Origin: Lama guanicoe | Taxonomy: Eukaryota | DNA length: 64,000 bases | Direction of reading: 5' to 3' | NCBI GenBank assembly: GCA_013239625.1 | Contig: MU054391.1 | Location: 2,323,130-2,387,129 of the forward strand | In this document: positions 37,551 through 50,800 of the stretch, piece by piece | Position numbering within the stretch: the first letter of the stretch is position 1 | Layout of the letters: every line of letters starts with the position of its first letter | Position numbers and translations under genes: made by a program | Notes under the pieces: generated by a model | Told to the model about the DNA's origin: nothing | The model's database searches: none | What the model saw: only the letters and a program-made list of their open reading frames with translations

Positions 37551-38997
37551 GACTCACACTAAAATGAAAAGATATGTATGTGTGTACACAATATCACTGT
37601 TAGAAAATTGAAAAACTCTTCTTTCTTCTTTTCATTTTTCTTTCAACTAAAAGACCATTTAAAATATAGATCTGTGGTAAAACTCTACCAATTACAAGAA
37701 GGAACAATGACGCCCAAGGCTAAAACTGTAGCCCTGCCCCTTCCTTGTTTCCTTAATCAGTAATTAAAGGGTTTTGCTGATTCCATTCAGTAGGAGTTTC
37801 TTTCTTAATGGCCTGCAGCCATTCAGCTCAATCAATGATTTAATCATGTCACCGTGCCACCAGCTTTGGTAGGGAATCCTTTTGCAGGATCCCTTACAGT
37901 TTAAAGAGGCTCATTTTCAGGTTAGGATGATTTGAAGGGTTCAAGATTAGAGTCTAAGAAACCCTCACGTACTTACCCAGTATTGATCTGAAGCCTCAAA
38001 TATACATACCAGCAACTCAACGTGCAGTTTCAAGAGCACATGAGTACGTTCTGTTACCTAGAAATCGCCATTTTCTAAACATTTTAGGGCCTGATCATTT
38101 ATTTTTGTTTTCTCTTTTTTTACACTCTCCCCCAAACTGAGTTATCCTTAATAATACATATGCTTGCAATCAGAACAAACTTATCTTAGTGTGGACTTGA
38201 TGTTGGGTTTGCCTGGCTAAAACCATCTGGGAAAACTAAAAGGCTCTCAGTGTTTTGATACAATTTAAAGGCATAGTCATTTTCATAGGCTCTTCATTTT
38301 TTTTATGTCAGCAATCTTCACTATTTAAAGAAAAAAGGATATATGTAATGATAGCCCTAAATAATCATAAAAATAGGGTACTCACCAAGCATCACAAATA
38401 ATTTTGTGCTTTCTAACGGCGTCATACAAAAACAAAGCTTCATCACCATAGAAGGAGATTATCTTTGAAGTAACAGGTAAACCAGCAAAACGTCTAAGAT
38501 GAAGTGTTCCAGCTGGATTTAGGCACCTGGGCTTCTCACCTTTGCTTCCAATGAAAGTCTCGTTTCATTCTCAGGTCTGCTATGTGCGTGCGCGTTTATT
38601 TTAGCTCAGCTGTTGATGTTCCATCACCTCAATGAAAACATGTGCTGTTTTACATAAAGTGTACGAGTCTATGCGTGTGAGTCTATATCTGTCATTACCT
38701 GTATACGTGCACATGTATGTATATCATGATGTACGAATTTTAAACTGTGCAGTATTTTATGACTGTAAATTAGTAAATCTCTGTGATAAAATAACATTGA
38801 GTTGTTACTAATAACACCTATTTTGTTTAAAAAATGAAAAATGATGGTCTTATATAGATCAATGACACATCAGTAGCAGTCACACAGTAACCTGGCTTCT
38901 ACCCTCTTTCAGCCACTTGCTGTCTGTGCCACCAGGAAACGGCCCTTTGTCCCAGGTGCAGTTAGCTGTGCTTCCTCACTTCACCCCCAGCGTTAAA

Positions 38998-39123
38998 ATA
39001 TGCTCCTTTAGTTGTGGCTGGTCTGTGTGGCTCATTATGAATACTCTCCCTTAGGTGTGGACGGTCCACTGGATCCAGCATGGATGCTCTCCCTTAGGAG
39101 TGGATGGCCTATTGGGCTCAAGC
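38998..39123. repeat. Diverged tandem repeat, 43-bp period, 3 copies
   Basis: Units start at 38998, 39041 and 39084. The first 26 nt match 20/26 (copies 1-2) and 22/26 (copies 2-3). Confidence 0.85.
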
Positions 39124-39259
39124 TCAGCAAGAGCCAGACTCATTCATGGTGACAATATGCTGCAATCATTATTATCCATTTTTAACCTGAAAGTTGCCTC
39201 CGATAACTGAGCATCACCATGAGGATTCTTTCGCCAGCATGTACCAGGACTTACACTCA

Positions 39260-39505
39260 TTGCCACGCAGATCTCAAGTGTCCCCTCTCCTCTTCTGGCC
39301 TCCTAGTCTAAAGTGTCACCTCCAGGTGACGTCTCTTCGTTACGTTTGCCAATATCAACCCCCTCCCCTTGTGTGCCTACCTGCGTCTGGGCAGCCGGTG
39401 CTCCTCAGAAGGTCAGCCCGGTGTGGTCTTCTCTGTTCTGGGATTCTCAGCGCTCGGAACGGTGCTTTGCACACAGTGGTGCTTAGAAGAATTCTTATTT
39501 CAAGT
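39260..39505 (+). mobile_element. L2 3' end
   Basis: ttctcagcgctcggaacggtgctttgcacacagtggtgcttagaagaattctt fits the L2 terminus. Confidence 0.7.
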
Positions 39506-39699
39506 AAAACAATTTGTTCTCTGTTTCAAGAAAATGTATAAACTTGAAATTTTTCTTGAGCAGCAAAAATCAGACACCTATTTGGTGTCTGCTGCCTTCA
39601 CATGACATTTCTCTTGTCACTTAAAGACCAGCTATGAATGGTGTCAACTAGATTTGTTCACAAGAACAAGGAGGCTGCATGGAGGAGGTGTCGTGAACA

Positions 39700-39860
39700 T
39701 ATGCCTAAGAACTCTTGAGGTGAGTGTTAGTAACCCCTATTCCGCACACACGCAAAATGAAGCTCGTGGGTTTTAGAAACCTGTCCAAGTCACACGTGTC
39801 TTTAGAAACAAGCTGAATATAAATCCAAGGTCATGCTTATTCCAACGTGCAGGGCTAATT
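39700..39860 (-). mobile_element. MIR SINE
   Basis: tgaggtgagtgttagtaacccctatt...aaaatgaagctc...aacctgtccaagtcacac. Confidence 0.65.
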
Positions 39861-42800
39861 CCTCCCACGCCAAGTTAGAGAAACACAGAGGGGCAGACCT
39901 CCTCCCCAGCCACCTGGCTAGGGCTGGCTTCCCAGGAGTGCCCAGGGATGTTGGGGGGGGGGGCTGCATATGCTCACAAAGGCGACAGCGAGGCTCACAT
40001 CCATCTGTGTGCACTTGCCTCGCCCACTGCACGTGCACAGCCTAACCTAAAAACTATTGAATTTTACCAACGTGCGTGAGTTTATCACTTAAAAGTATTC
40101 AGGTATTTAACTTTCACAAAGCTTTTAAATGTATCCAGTGTTTCATGGGCAGTTTTCATTCTGCTTGGAACTCACTAGAATTTGAGATGGACGAATCCAT
40201 TGACAACACCTCCTGTGTGTCTTTCAAACTTCTAGCTTTCCCTCTGAAAACCCATGCTCTGAATAAGCAGAGACCTTCAGAGTCGCTCCCTGACGACTTG
40301 GACCCATCTACCTGGCGACACTGATAACACTGAAGACACTTTCCACAGCATGTTAATTGTTTTCCCCTCTCTGGTGGCTTATCTGCCATTCGCCAGCCCA
40401 CAAAGTACCCACAACCTTGCATGGGGTGGGAGCGCTGTGTCCCATGCCGTGGTGTCTTTTGCCCCCAGCCAAAAATATCCTCATGAGTCCAGGTCCACAC
40501 GCACGAGGGATCTCGGCAAGCTGGAAGCTGTGTAGTTATGAGACTGCAGGAGTGAGAGGTTTGAAACCATATATTTTAAGAATTAGTTTCAAAAAATTCC
40601 AACCCCTTAGCCTGATGGAGAACAGGCTGAAGCGAACATAAAAACTAATTTTGTACGTCAAGGACGCTCAAGCACAAAAGAGAGCAAGGCATATGCTTTC
40701 TGGCCTGAAGGATTAAACCAAGATCAACTGAAACTCTTAGGAAAATTCTCACAGCAGTTTAAAGCATAACTACTCAAAAATCTAAGTTGTCCCGAGATGA
40801 AAGGAACTTGTTTGTTTTCTTTTAGCAGCGGAAGGAAAAAGTTATTTAATAACTGTCATAAGAAAAGCAGTGTTCTGGATATTTTTGTTTGTTTTAAAAT
40901 GTTTTCCATAATAATCTAATTAGGAAAAATATTCTAGTCTCAGTTTTCAAGGTAAAAAGCAGACTCAGAAGCAAGTCGGATTGTCTTGGATTCCCCAGCT
41001 GACCAATCACGGAGCCAAGCTTCCGCCCAGAGCTTGGGCACCGCACCTCCTCCTCCTCTCTTCTCGCGGTCCAGCCAAGCTGGACCCTCAGTGGCCGTTC
41101 TCTCTGCAGGAGGGTCTCAGAGCTCACCGCGGGCAGGCTCCCCGCACTCAGGCTGCTACCACTGCGGGTCCTGGCTGCTGCCGATCCTGAGGGGTCTGGC
41201 CCCGGGTCAGAGGTCTTCTTGGAAGGAACCGTGTGGGGTCCCAGAGCAACACCTGCACTGGGGGATTATGGCTCAATGCAGGCTCTCACTCATCGTGCAC
41301 CGTGGAAGCAACTCCAATTCCAGGCTGTAAAATGACTTAAATTGTTTTTTTACACTTGAGGCACAATATCAAGGACTATATTGGACCAACTCTGTCAAAA
41401 GGGACAAATAAATTCTGATCCAGTTTGTGTTTTAGTTTAACCTGTTGTTAAAAGTAAGCGGCTTATTAAAGTAACGACCAGGAGCTCAGAGACAAGGAAG
41501 CAAAGAGAGAAACATGGCGGTGAGGGGGTCCCACTCTCAGTTACTGGATGGATATGGGCTTGCTGTTCAGCACGAAAAATTCTGGGTCAAGCTGGAGTTT
41601 GAAGGAGAAAAAAACCCATACTTGGACCAGCAATGTTGTGCGATTGAGAGAATTAAGTCTTTGGGGAAATTCCAATGGCCCCAAAAGTCCTGCCATCACA
41701 CGGAATGTCTAAATGGGGGTAACCGCTCCTGAGCTGTCTGCAGTCTGGGAGCCGTGGGGCAGGTTCACTCTCAAAGTAGGAGGTTTAAAATCTCCTGAAC
41801 TCTAATAGCTCCAAAGATGTGCTCTGGATTATCCGTACAGTAGTCGGTGCTGTGAAATGGATGCACAGACGTAAGGACGGAGTCTCTGTCCTGAGGACTG
41901 CGGGCGGGGGCGGGGGAAGGTGGACTGGGTCTTTGCTCTCAGGCACCTGCCTTCTTCTTAGAGAAGGAAACAGAGAGAAAAGAGGAGAGCCAGGGTACGC
42001 CCGCAGCCTAAATGAAGTGGTAAATGCTGGCAACGGAGTCGTGGCAGGAGCCTCCAGCGGCGGCACCTGCCTTGTGTCAAGGGCGGTGTGAGCCTCAGGG
42101 ATAAAGAGAGGGTGTTCTCGTTTTGCTGGTGAAGGTGGAGGAGGCCTAGACGGTAATTTGCTGACGATGACAACCGCTCAGGACGTGGTAACACTGAAGC
42201 CACGAGTAGGAATGTCTGGCCCCGCGGCCTGTGACCCCGGCAGCCCATGATGTTGTTAAGGGGCAGCTCGAGCCGGGAGGTCACCTGGCTGTTTCTTTTT
42301 TTTTAAGCAACTCCTTCCGTTTTATTAGATTTGTAGCACCTTTATAAAGTCCAGCCTGTCTTTGAAAAATGCTTTCTAACTTCCTCACTAGAAAGCAGAC
42401 AAATTCTGTCCTGGAAGGATGTGTTTCCTGCCTGGCGCGGCGCCGTGTGGTTTACCCGCAGAGGCGAAGTCGCGCAGTCCGGAAGGTCCTGAGCGGGCGC
42501 CTCCTGCACTTGGTGCGCACGTGCATGCGTGCTTACGCGCGCGCACACCTGCGTTGTGTGTAAAGGTAGTATAGCAGGGTTTACACAGCTCTGCTAATTC
42601 TTTAAAGTGATGTAAACAAGGTCTATGCTTCAGCGTAACCATTTTTTACTTTGGGTTTAAGTGGGAATTTTACGCTTAAAAATAGGTTTAAGATTATCGA
42701 ACAGAGGCCATATAACATCACAGACTTGACACAGTTTGACCATCACATAATTAGAAATAAGCTGCTGTCAGAGGAGGACTCTTTGCTGACGGACACGTCC

Positions 42801-44549
42801 TCTAGCGCAGGCTGTCCCGCCCCCTTCCCGAGACCCAGCTCAGTCCACTGTGCTGTTCCACATAAATCAGCCTCTTGGGCACAGGTGACTCCCTCCATGT
42901 TTCAACTCCCACTGGGTGTTTGTTTAACGCTCACTTTCTCGTCTGACGCTGACGGAAGATTAAACGTGTTCCGGAGTCACCACCACCTCCAGTCATAGGT
43001 GCTTACGACGGCGCTTCAGCTTCTTATTTTTACCTCTTCTGTTTTCTTTCAGCTTCCCTGACTAAATTTAAATTGGTAGAAAGCAGAGTGACGTTTTTAA
43101 AGCTAACTAAAAAATTAAATGGTAATATCCCCAAACCTCCCCGTTTACTGTCCAGCAAGTATCTGTTTTTTCCTTAGCGCTTCACTTAGGCATCATTTCA
43201 CAATATACTCAGTTGTAAGGGGAATCTCCTAACTAGTTTAACAAACAAATTTAGAAACACGAAAAGAAAAACATGATCAGTCATTAAATCACACTTGCTC
43301 TCAGGCATCCACACGATCGTTGAGCTTAGAAGGACTTGCCTCTGAACACTAACAGTCTCTCTGCAGAAGGCCAAAACAGGCAAATTTGATAGAAAGAAGC
43401 TTCTAAAATTTATGGGGAAATTTTCTACAAAAATATTTATCTAAACTCCTCAGAGTTGTTCTTCAGGATAATTTCCTCAAAAAGAGTCAGAGTTGGCTTT
43501 GCAAATGCTGCTTACCAAAATACTTCCCACAGGTATGGATGTAGCCCTGAGTCTTCCAGGACTTTCAAACAGTGTCATTGGTTCCTTTGCTTTGCCCTGA
43601 CTAAGGCTGACGTTCTCGGACACCTGGTCACCGGCCTTCTCGTGTGCTGGAGAGGAGGACTGATCCAGGTCTGGGCTGACGCACTCTGTCCTCCTTCGCG
43701 ACAAAAGGAGCTTCTCTGGTTGTGCTCACTGCGGTTCCCTCTAGGGTGTTCCCTGAAATGCTGCAAACTGGCTGCTGGGAAGGACTCCCAGGAGCTCCCT
43801 TGGTTTGAGAGAGAAACATGAAAGGGCAGGGAGGGGCAGCGAGGAGCGGTCAAATGAGCTAACCTGACGTGGGACCTGCCCAAGAAAGGGAGGTGACGAC
43901 ATCAGGAGCCCACTCTCCGCACAGGACGCCACACCCGACAAGGAAGACTAACCCCACCAAGCACGCGGCGCGTTGACCGCCAGCTTCGGAAGAACAGAGC
44001 AGAGTGTGTCGGTGGTGATGCCGGGTGACCCGCACCATCTAACTCAGCCCCGACCGGACGGACACTGGCTGCACACCCACTGGTCTGGGGTGCAGCACAG
44101 ACAACAGGCTTCACCCTCAGTTCCCACATCCTAAGAACAGGGGAGAGGCAGCTCGTGGACGGTGACAGCACACTGGGACGAGTTATAGGAGGGAGCAGCG
44201 TGGGCCTCACCTCCTCACGCATCACAAACAGGAAGCAGAAGTGACCAGATGTAGAGCCAGGAGGGGGAGTGTGACCCTAAGAAACGTGAAGCAGTGTGAC
44301 CCGGTGGTGCAGGAGGCGGAAGACGTAGGAACAGGGAGGGTCAGACAGAAAGGCTGGGGTCAATCGAAACGTTCTTAGCATCTTCCTGCGTCTGACACCT
44401 GTTGAGTGTCATCGCCTTGGTCTCTGAAAGGCATAAAGGTGAGTGGAAGAAAGCATCCCTGAGCGAGGTGCCCACTCTGCCTTTGGGAGGGCCCAGCACA
44501 TCGCTGACCGCGTGCCCCTCCTGCGCGGCTGTCTCGTCACGACCCGCGA

Positions 44550-44695
44550 CAACCCACGAGGTCTCCCCTACAAGCCCCTTATTCACATGGCCGAACTGAG
44601 CGTGGAGTGTCCCGGCAGCGCACGCAAGGTGGCTCAGTCATCCAGGGCAGCGCTGGGATTTGAATCGAGTCCCACCTGGTTTCAGAAATCGCCCT
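44550..44695 (-). mobile_element. MIR SINE (GC-shifted)
   Basis: gaactgagc...caaggtggctcagtc...gggcagcgctgggatttgaatcgagtc. Confidence 0.6.
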
Positions 44696-44949
44696 TTTCA
44701 TGCGCACACACGGTTCCAGTTTCACGGGTGCCGCTGTGTACGTTCCTGCGTAGCTCTGTGCTTGTCCCTGTAGGAGACGCATCCGGAAGCCCAGACAAGC
44801 GAACCACGTGCCCACGTGAAAAATGGCACGTTTGTTTGACGGTTTGCTACAGAACTGAGTGCAAGGTTAGCATTCAAGACCGGAGCTCCTGGGGCCGCCC
44901 ACGCGTTCGCTTTCCCTTCTGACGCCCACCAGCTCTCCTCAGCTCCCGC

Positions 44950-45320
44950 CGTGCAGGCCTGTTTGGGCTCTCGCGCCCCACCCAGCCTCGGCTTACATTC
45001 TGTCCCCCTTGCCCACCACAGACTGGTGCCGTTCCAAGCCGGTGGCGTCCTAGTCACTCTTGCACACATAGCACAGAACCTACCTTCCCTGTGAAGTTTC
45101 CCTGAACGTTCTTCACAAAACAGAATTAATTCCTTGGTTCTCCCACATGATTGTGTGTGCTTCATGGCTGTGTCATGTGGCACAGACCGGGGTTATGTTT
45201 TCATTGTATCTTTATGGCTGGCTATGAACTTGCAGGGGACACATGCTTGTTTCTCTGTCCTTGTTAAACAACATGGCCCACAGTGCAGGGTAAGTGCTTA
45301 ACGCAGGTCGGTTGGGTGGT
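44950..45320 (+). mobile_element. L2 3' end
   Basis: accttccctgtgaagtttccctga...ctatgaacttgcaggggaca...cacagtgcagggtaagtgcttaa. Confidence 0.6.
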
Positions 45321-45519
45321 GAGAGCTCCTTGGTCCTCCCTCCTTGGGGTGTTGATGTGGCGATGGTGGACCTCCTCCAGTGAGGGATCAGCCATCAGGT
45401 CTGTGCCCCAGCTTTGGTGCCACCTTGTCTTCAGGTCTTGAATTACTGCCTCTTCTTCCCATATTGGTTTTGGTTGTGTCTTTGCTCTTCGTTTTGGGGT
45501 TGGTGGTTTTGTCTTTGGG

Positions 45520-45780
45520 TTTAGTTCAGTTCAACAAATATGTATTGCGTTGTATCGAATTTCCAAAAATTTGAGATGTTCTCAGGGTGAAGAAAGAAGA
45601 ATAAAATGTAGATCTTAACCCCAAGCTGTTCATACTCTGGGAGGGAAGTCATACTTGTAAACAAGGATGACAGCAGAATGTGCCAGACAGGAGGGCAGTG
45701 GGGGGAAAGAGGGAGTGACTGTCTCAGGGGATTAAGGAAAGCTTTTCAGGAGAGTTGACACCTGAATAGCCTGTTGAGCA
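45520..45780 (-). mobile_element. L2 3' end
   Basis: ttcagttcaacaaatatgtattg...aggaaagcttttcaggagagttgacacctgaa. Confidence 0.7.
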
Positions 45781-46035
45781 GTGAGCTGTTAACCAGGTTC
45801 CCAAGGGGGTGGGGACGGGTCTCCAAGTCCTCAGGGCCTCTGTGTAGACTGCTCTCCCACACTTGGCGCGAAGGTTTTATGAAATGCATTCCATGAATCC
45901 GTATCCAAGCAAAACCAGCTTGCTTCAGCTGTAAAAGGAACTTCATAAATTTGCTTTTAAGATACTCATTGTGGTTGGCGCTGTTCTCCCAGCCATCAGT
46001 ATAGGTCACTTAGCCAAGCAAGCATGGAAATGAGA

Positions 46036-46123
46036 TTCATGTATTACTGAAAAACTGTGCTGTATGCTGGAATTTGATACAACATTGTAAAAGGATTATA
46101 AATCAATAAAAAATGTTAAAAAA
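46036..46123 (+). mobile_element. 88-bp 5'-truncated L1 insertion with 16-bp TSD
   Basis: Flanked by aagcatggaaatgaga (46020-46035) and aagtatggaaatgaga (46124-46139). Insert is an L1 3' tip (acaacattgtaaaa...tcaataaaaaatgttaaaaaa). Confidence 0.92.
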
Positions 46124-46759
46124 AAGTATGGAAATGAGAATACGTAACATTTGAACTGATATAAAAATAATATTTTTCCAGAAATTAGGAATTATAAATA
46201 TAGTAAACAATCAAGTTGGCATAATGCATGTGTGGCAGACATGGCATTGGCTGATGAAAATTTTACTGTTTTGGTTTCAAATGTTGAATCCAGCATAGAT
46301 TTCCAGGGCTCAGTCATTCAGCTGAGCCCCTGGGCTTGGGGAATTCCCACCTAGAACTTGCAGCTCTGGCCGTGCACAGGGGCTGGAGGGAGGCTCCCAC
46401 TCCAGGAAGAAAATGTGCTGCGCCAGGACTCGGGGAAGATCTGTATTAACTAGGAACCCATGGAGGCTTGCTATTACTTGGGAATAAATACAAAACATTT
46501 GCCAGAAGCTCACAGATGGCACCGACAGTGTCTGGTTAGTGCTAGAGTTTTGCTTCTCTTGCTGCAAATCTGTAAGGTTTGCTTTCTGTATGATCACCTT
46601 TGCTTCATTACTTGTCTGTGTTTCCTCAATTGCACACTTTTCCCTCTCTCAGAGATTCTAAGCACTCCACGCTTCACACCAATTGCACACTGCGTTCACC
46701 TCGTTTATGGACTCAGCGTCTGCTCCAGGCCTAGGAGAGCTCTTTGTCCTGGTGCCACA

Positions 46760-47240
46760 GCCCCATGCTGCGGGGAATGGAAGTTGCTATGGAGACCACA
46801 AGAAACCAATACAGGGGTTTGCAGAAGAGAGAAGTGTGATCAGACTGACGCTTGAGAAAGATGACCTGAGAGTTCGATGTGTAGGGTGGCTAGGGTTGGG
46901 GAAACTGGGTCTGGGAACACAATGAGGCGGTCATGGGAACTGGCGATGAAACCACTTAGGTCAGCGGACGTGGAATAAATCGGAGAGACGTGGCGTGGGC
47001 AGTGCCGCTGGGCGGCATGTGCAGAGTGGCGCAGAAAGACTTCCAGGGTGGCCCATCGCTGGTGCCCACGTCCAAGAGGGAGAAGAGAGATGGCGAGGGA
47101 GGGACGATTAACCCGCTTTTGCAGATGTGGCGTCAGGGCTGCCTCTTGGGTGTTCAGGGGTCAGCACACACGGATCAGGAGCACGAGAGAGTCTGAGGAT
47201 GGCTAGAGACACAGGGAGATCAGTGTCCTGATGGGCACGG
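46760..47240 (-). mobile_element. L2 fragment
   Basis: Purine-rich tract with agaagtgtgatcagactgacgcttgagaaagatgacc, typical of reverse L2. Confidence 0.6.
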
Positions 47241-48992
47241 GTGGCGCACATTTGCTCTGTTCATATGATGCACTCTTGGATGAGACCACAGTTGAATTCA
47301 AATATAATGTATATTTCAAAGACAGTCACAACCAACACCAGTGTGCGCCATAAACCCAGCGCGGGACTGCTGCTGATTCACCCGGCAGGATCCACAGGGA
47401 ACCTGAGAACGTTAAATACCTGCCCGTAGTCTTTGGTGCCTGAACCACTTCCTCACGAAGGCCCTGCTGTGGCTGGATTACCATGCTTTTGGTCTGGTAG
47501 GTCACGTCTCACTAGTGGTATTAAATATGCTGCTGAGTTATTAATGTTGCTGTTAATAAAGTAATATTTATGATGGCAAAAATCCATTTCCTAACCATGT
47601 GTCTAAAGTCGGATAATTCATACCCCAATCTCCTGACAGAGACAGAACCCAAGCCTGGTTTGCCTCACGCTGAGTCCCACTCTAGTCCGGGCCCCCTTCG
47701 TGTGAGTTTTACGCAGTGAGAGTTGGAACGGGGGGTCCATAGCTTCTTTCTGCTTCTGTGTATAAACCTGTGTCTTGGTCTGGGTCATACATGTGACTTT
47801 TTGATATGAAGTCACTTACAAAACAACTCACATGTGACTCAAAATTGCTGGGACATTTGAATTGAAGTCAGAGTTTGGGTGAGAGGAGAAATGCAGAGAA
47901 ATATTAACTGATTTCCACCCATCAATTCTAAAGTGTGGCACCCTGAACCCCTGAGGCTTCCAGCTGTGGAACGCAGCACTGCACAAGTCTTCATGTTCTC
48001 CAGCGCCCTGACTTTATTTGTGAGCGCATTAAGTGGCATAGAGGTTGGGTCTATCGCCAATAGATCCAACTAACAGGGAATTACAGACTAATTCTATAAA
48101 GAAACTAGAAGCGAGCCTGGGATTTGTGAGTTGCTGGGCGGGAGGTGCAGCTAAAGGACTGTGCAGAGAAGCCACCCATGCGCACGAGCTCTTCTCTTCT
48201 CAGCACAGCTGTGTTGACTGGACAGATGAATCCCTCTCTCTCATGAGAGCTTGATTTTTGTAACTGATGAGCGTTGTGTTTTCAATCTGGTTTTGATATT
48301 AATTAACATAATAATTAAAAAACAATTTAACCATGTGAACATATTTCTCATTTGAAAATACAGAACCTGCAGCAACAATTTATTTCTACAAATCGGGTGA
48401 AGTCTTCTAGTTGGATAAAAGTTAAAAAGTAGTTATTTCTAAGAGATTCGCGTGGTGTGATGGATTAAAGAGTTCCGTGGCTGGTACGGTGACAGGATCA
48501 TGTCTTCTGTCCTGTGCAGTCACGGGCTGAGGGCCCAGTTCTCTGTGTGGGTAACAAGCGCACCTCACTGGGAGACGCCCCCTCCGCTGGTGCCAGTGAG
48601 ACTAGGTGTGACTGACAGGATCTGGAACACAAGCGCGTCTCAGGGAGCAGCGGGCAGAGGAAAGGCAGCAAGTGTGTTCTTCTGCTTCAATACTTTAAAT
48701 TATTTTATTTATTTTTGCTGTCTGTCTATCTATCAACCTATCAACTTTAATGTAGAAATAAAGTGGGGGAACAAGTGGAATTCATCCGTTTTTCTTTCAA
48801 ACATTTATAGGAGTTCCAATTTGAATTTCAATAAAGTACTTAACGGAGGCCAAACAAATGTTTTTGTTAAATATGATGCTCTGTTCCGGGTTGACTGCCC
48901 TTTGCTGGTCTTGGCGGATGGTAAACACAGCCTCTGATGGGTCCAGTCTCCCCGGGTGCAGAAACCTCCCGTCTCCCTCAAACCCGCACCAT

Positions 48993-49206
48993 TAAACAGT
49001 CTCAGTCAGAGGCACTTGCCTCCCAGGGGCGAGTGGGGATGCCTGGAGACGTTCAGTTGCCTTTACTCGAGGTAAAGGGGGTGATGCTGGGGTATCTAGG
49101 GGGTAGAGCCCAAGGCTGCTGCCAAGCCCTACCAGGTGCAGGGCAGCCTCTCGCAGCAAAGGAGGATCCAGTTCAAAATGCTGGCAGTACTGTGTGAGTC
49201 ACGCTG
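48993..49206 (+). mobile_element. MER20 (hAT-Charlie MITE)
   Basis: ttgcctcccagggg...atgcctggagac...tatctagggggtagagcccaaggctgctgccaa...cagcaaagga...caaaatg follows MER20. Confidence 0.85.
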
Positions 49207-50039
49207 TTGCAGGTAAATCGCTACAGAGTTAGCGCTTTGGACCCGTCCCCATCCGAGGGTAAGCGTAGTGGGCAGTCATGCGATAACAAGGGTAGAAATA
49301 TGCTCTGTCTTAACAGGGCCAGATTAAATAGAATCTTCCAACTGGCTTCCACGCTGAGGCCCACGGAAGCCTTAGAGAATGTATTTACTGTGGCTTGTGC
49401 AAGGTCTAGCAGTGTGGAGCTCCCGCTGAGGCTTTATTGAGTTTGGCACAAGCACTGGTTTTTGTTGGATGTTTGCATATAATTTTATTAATTCAACTTT
49501 TACCATATTCCAATATTTTTGGTTAACATGGGGCTTTAAAATTAGTGGGCCATCTGCTTTCGATGGTGCAGGGTATTTTCTGCCAAAGATTTGGAAAGAT
49601 TCAAGGTATGAGATGTGCATATTGTCTTGGCAAAGTAAATAATATAATTAAAATGTTGCACTTCCGGTTGTCCAACTGAATTTTCAAAACTCTCATTTTC
49701 AATTTTTGCTAAGAAGACTTAAACATTTAAGTACAGAGTCCATTCTGACATGCAGTTTTCTGCAGAGATATCTGTGTACACGCTCACATACTCTACGAGT
49801 TCTCCAACGTCAAGAAAACTTTTCATTTAACACGGATTTTAATCATGTCGACTGTGTAAGGTATTTTTAACTTGCTGAGACAGATCACGTGCACATGTGT
49901 TCATTACCATTTGCTTACATGTGTGGGCAGTATCCTGCTGTCTTAAACCTGCTGAATTGATGAATGAGACCGAGAGTCGCTCTAACGCTTGAACGCGTGG
50001 CATTTTCAAGGGACTCTCTGAGGTTCAAGAGTTCCACAC

Positions 50040-50328
50040 GGTCAGTTAACCTTCTGCTCAACTATTACATCCACAGAGAAGGTCTCCCTGAAGAGCTTTC
50101 CTAAACAGAACCCCTGGCCGCTCTTTGCCTGTCTCACTCTGCTTTGTTCTTCCTCGTTGCACGTATGACTTCTCCGTTGCACTACACAGGTATTTGCCAG
50201 TTTTCCATTATCTGTCTCTCCCGCCGTACGTGTGCAACTCCCTGAAAGCACATGTTATGTCCTGCGGGCTGAGGTGTCCCCAGAAACTAGAGAGCGCCTG
50301 GCACTTACTAAAGGCTAAATGAGAATGC
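50040..50328 (+). mobile_element. L2a 3' end
   Basis: catccacagagaaggtctccctga...tgtccccagaaactagagagcgcctggcactta. Confidence 0.8.
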
Positions 50329-50516
50329 TTTCTTAATTGAAATGTAGTTGGATTGCAATGTTGTGTTAGTTTCCTGTGTACAGCATAGTGATTCGGTTTT
50401 ACATGTGAGTATCTATTCTTTTTCATGACAGGTTATTACAAGATGCAGTAAACCCTTGTTTGTCTATTTTACATGTATGGTGGTTTGTATCTGTAAAGCC
50501 CAAACTCCCTATTTAT
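50329..50516 (-). mobile_element. L1 3' tip, cetartiodactyl type
   Basis: ttaattgaaatgtagttggattgcaatgttgtgttagtttc...tacagcatagtgattc...ggttattacaagat; homologous to the 13.2-kb copy. Confidence 0.9.
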
Positions 50517-50569
50517 TGTTTGGAATACATTTTAGGGCGAAGTTTCACAAACTTTCATAGACATTAACA

Positions 50570-50800
50570 GTCGTAACAGTGGTTTGAATGTCTAGACCGC
50601 TCACTATGAGCCGGGCACTGTATGTCAATATCCCACTCAATGCCTGTTGCAGCCCACGGAGGCAGGCGGTGTTAGGGTCCCCCATGTACAGATTAGAAAA
50701 CCGAAACTCAACGAAGCTTAGTAGTTTGCCCGTCTGGAAAGGAGTGCGGGTAGGAACTGAATCCAATGCTTTGATTCTGGAACCCGTGATTCTAACCACT
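50570..50800 (-). mobile_element. MIR SINE, near full length
   Basis: gctcactatgagccgggcactgt...cccccatgtacagattagaaaaccgaaactca...tagtttgccc...tgattctggaacccgtgattctaaccact. Confidence 0.85.

Noticed and set aside
37977..38462. Two minus-strand exon-like segments (38462-38386 and 38057-37977) with GTGAGT and GTAAGT donors
   Set aside because: The second acceptor lacks a pyrimidine tract, and joining in the only open frame gives an immediate stop. Non-coding exons cannot be excluded but are unsupported.
38998..39123. CRISPR-like repeat-spacer appearance
   Set aside because: Mammalian context, degenerate repeats, related inter-repeat segments and no cas genes.
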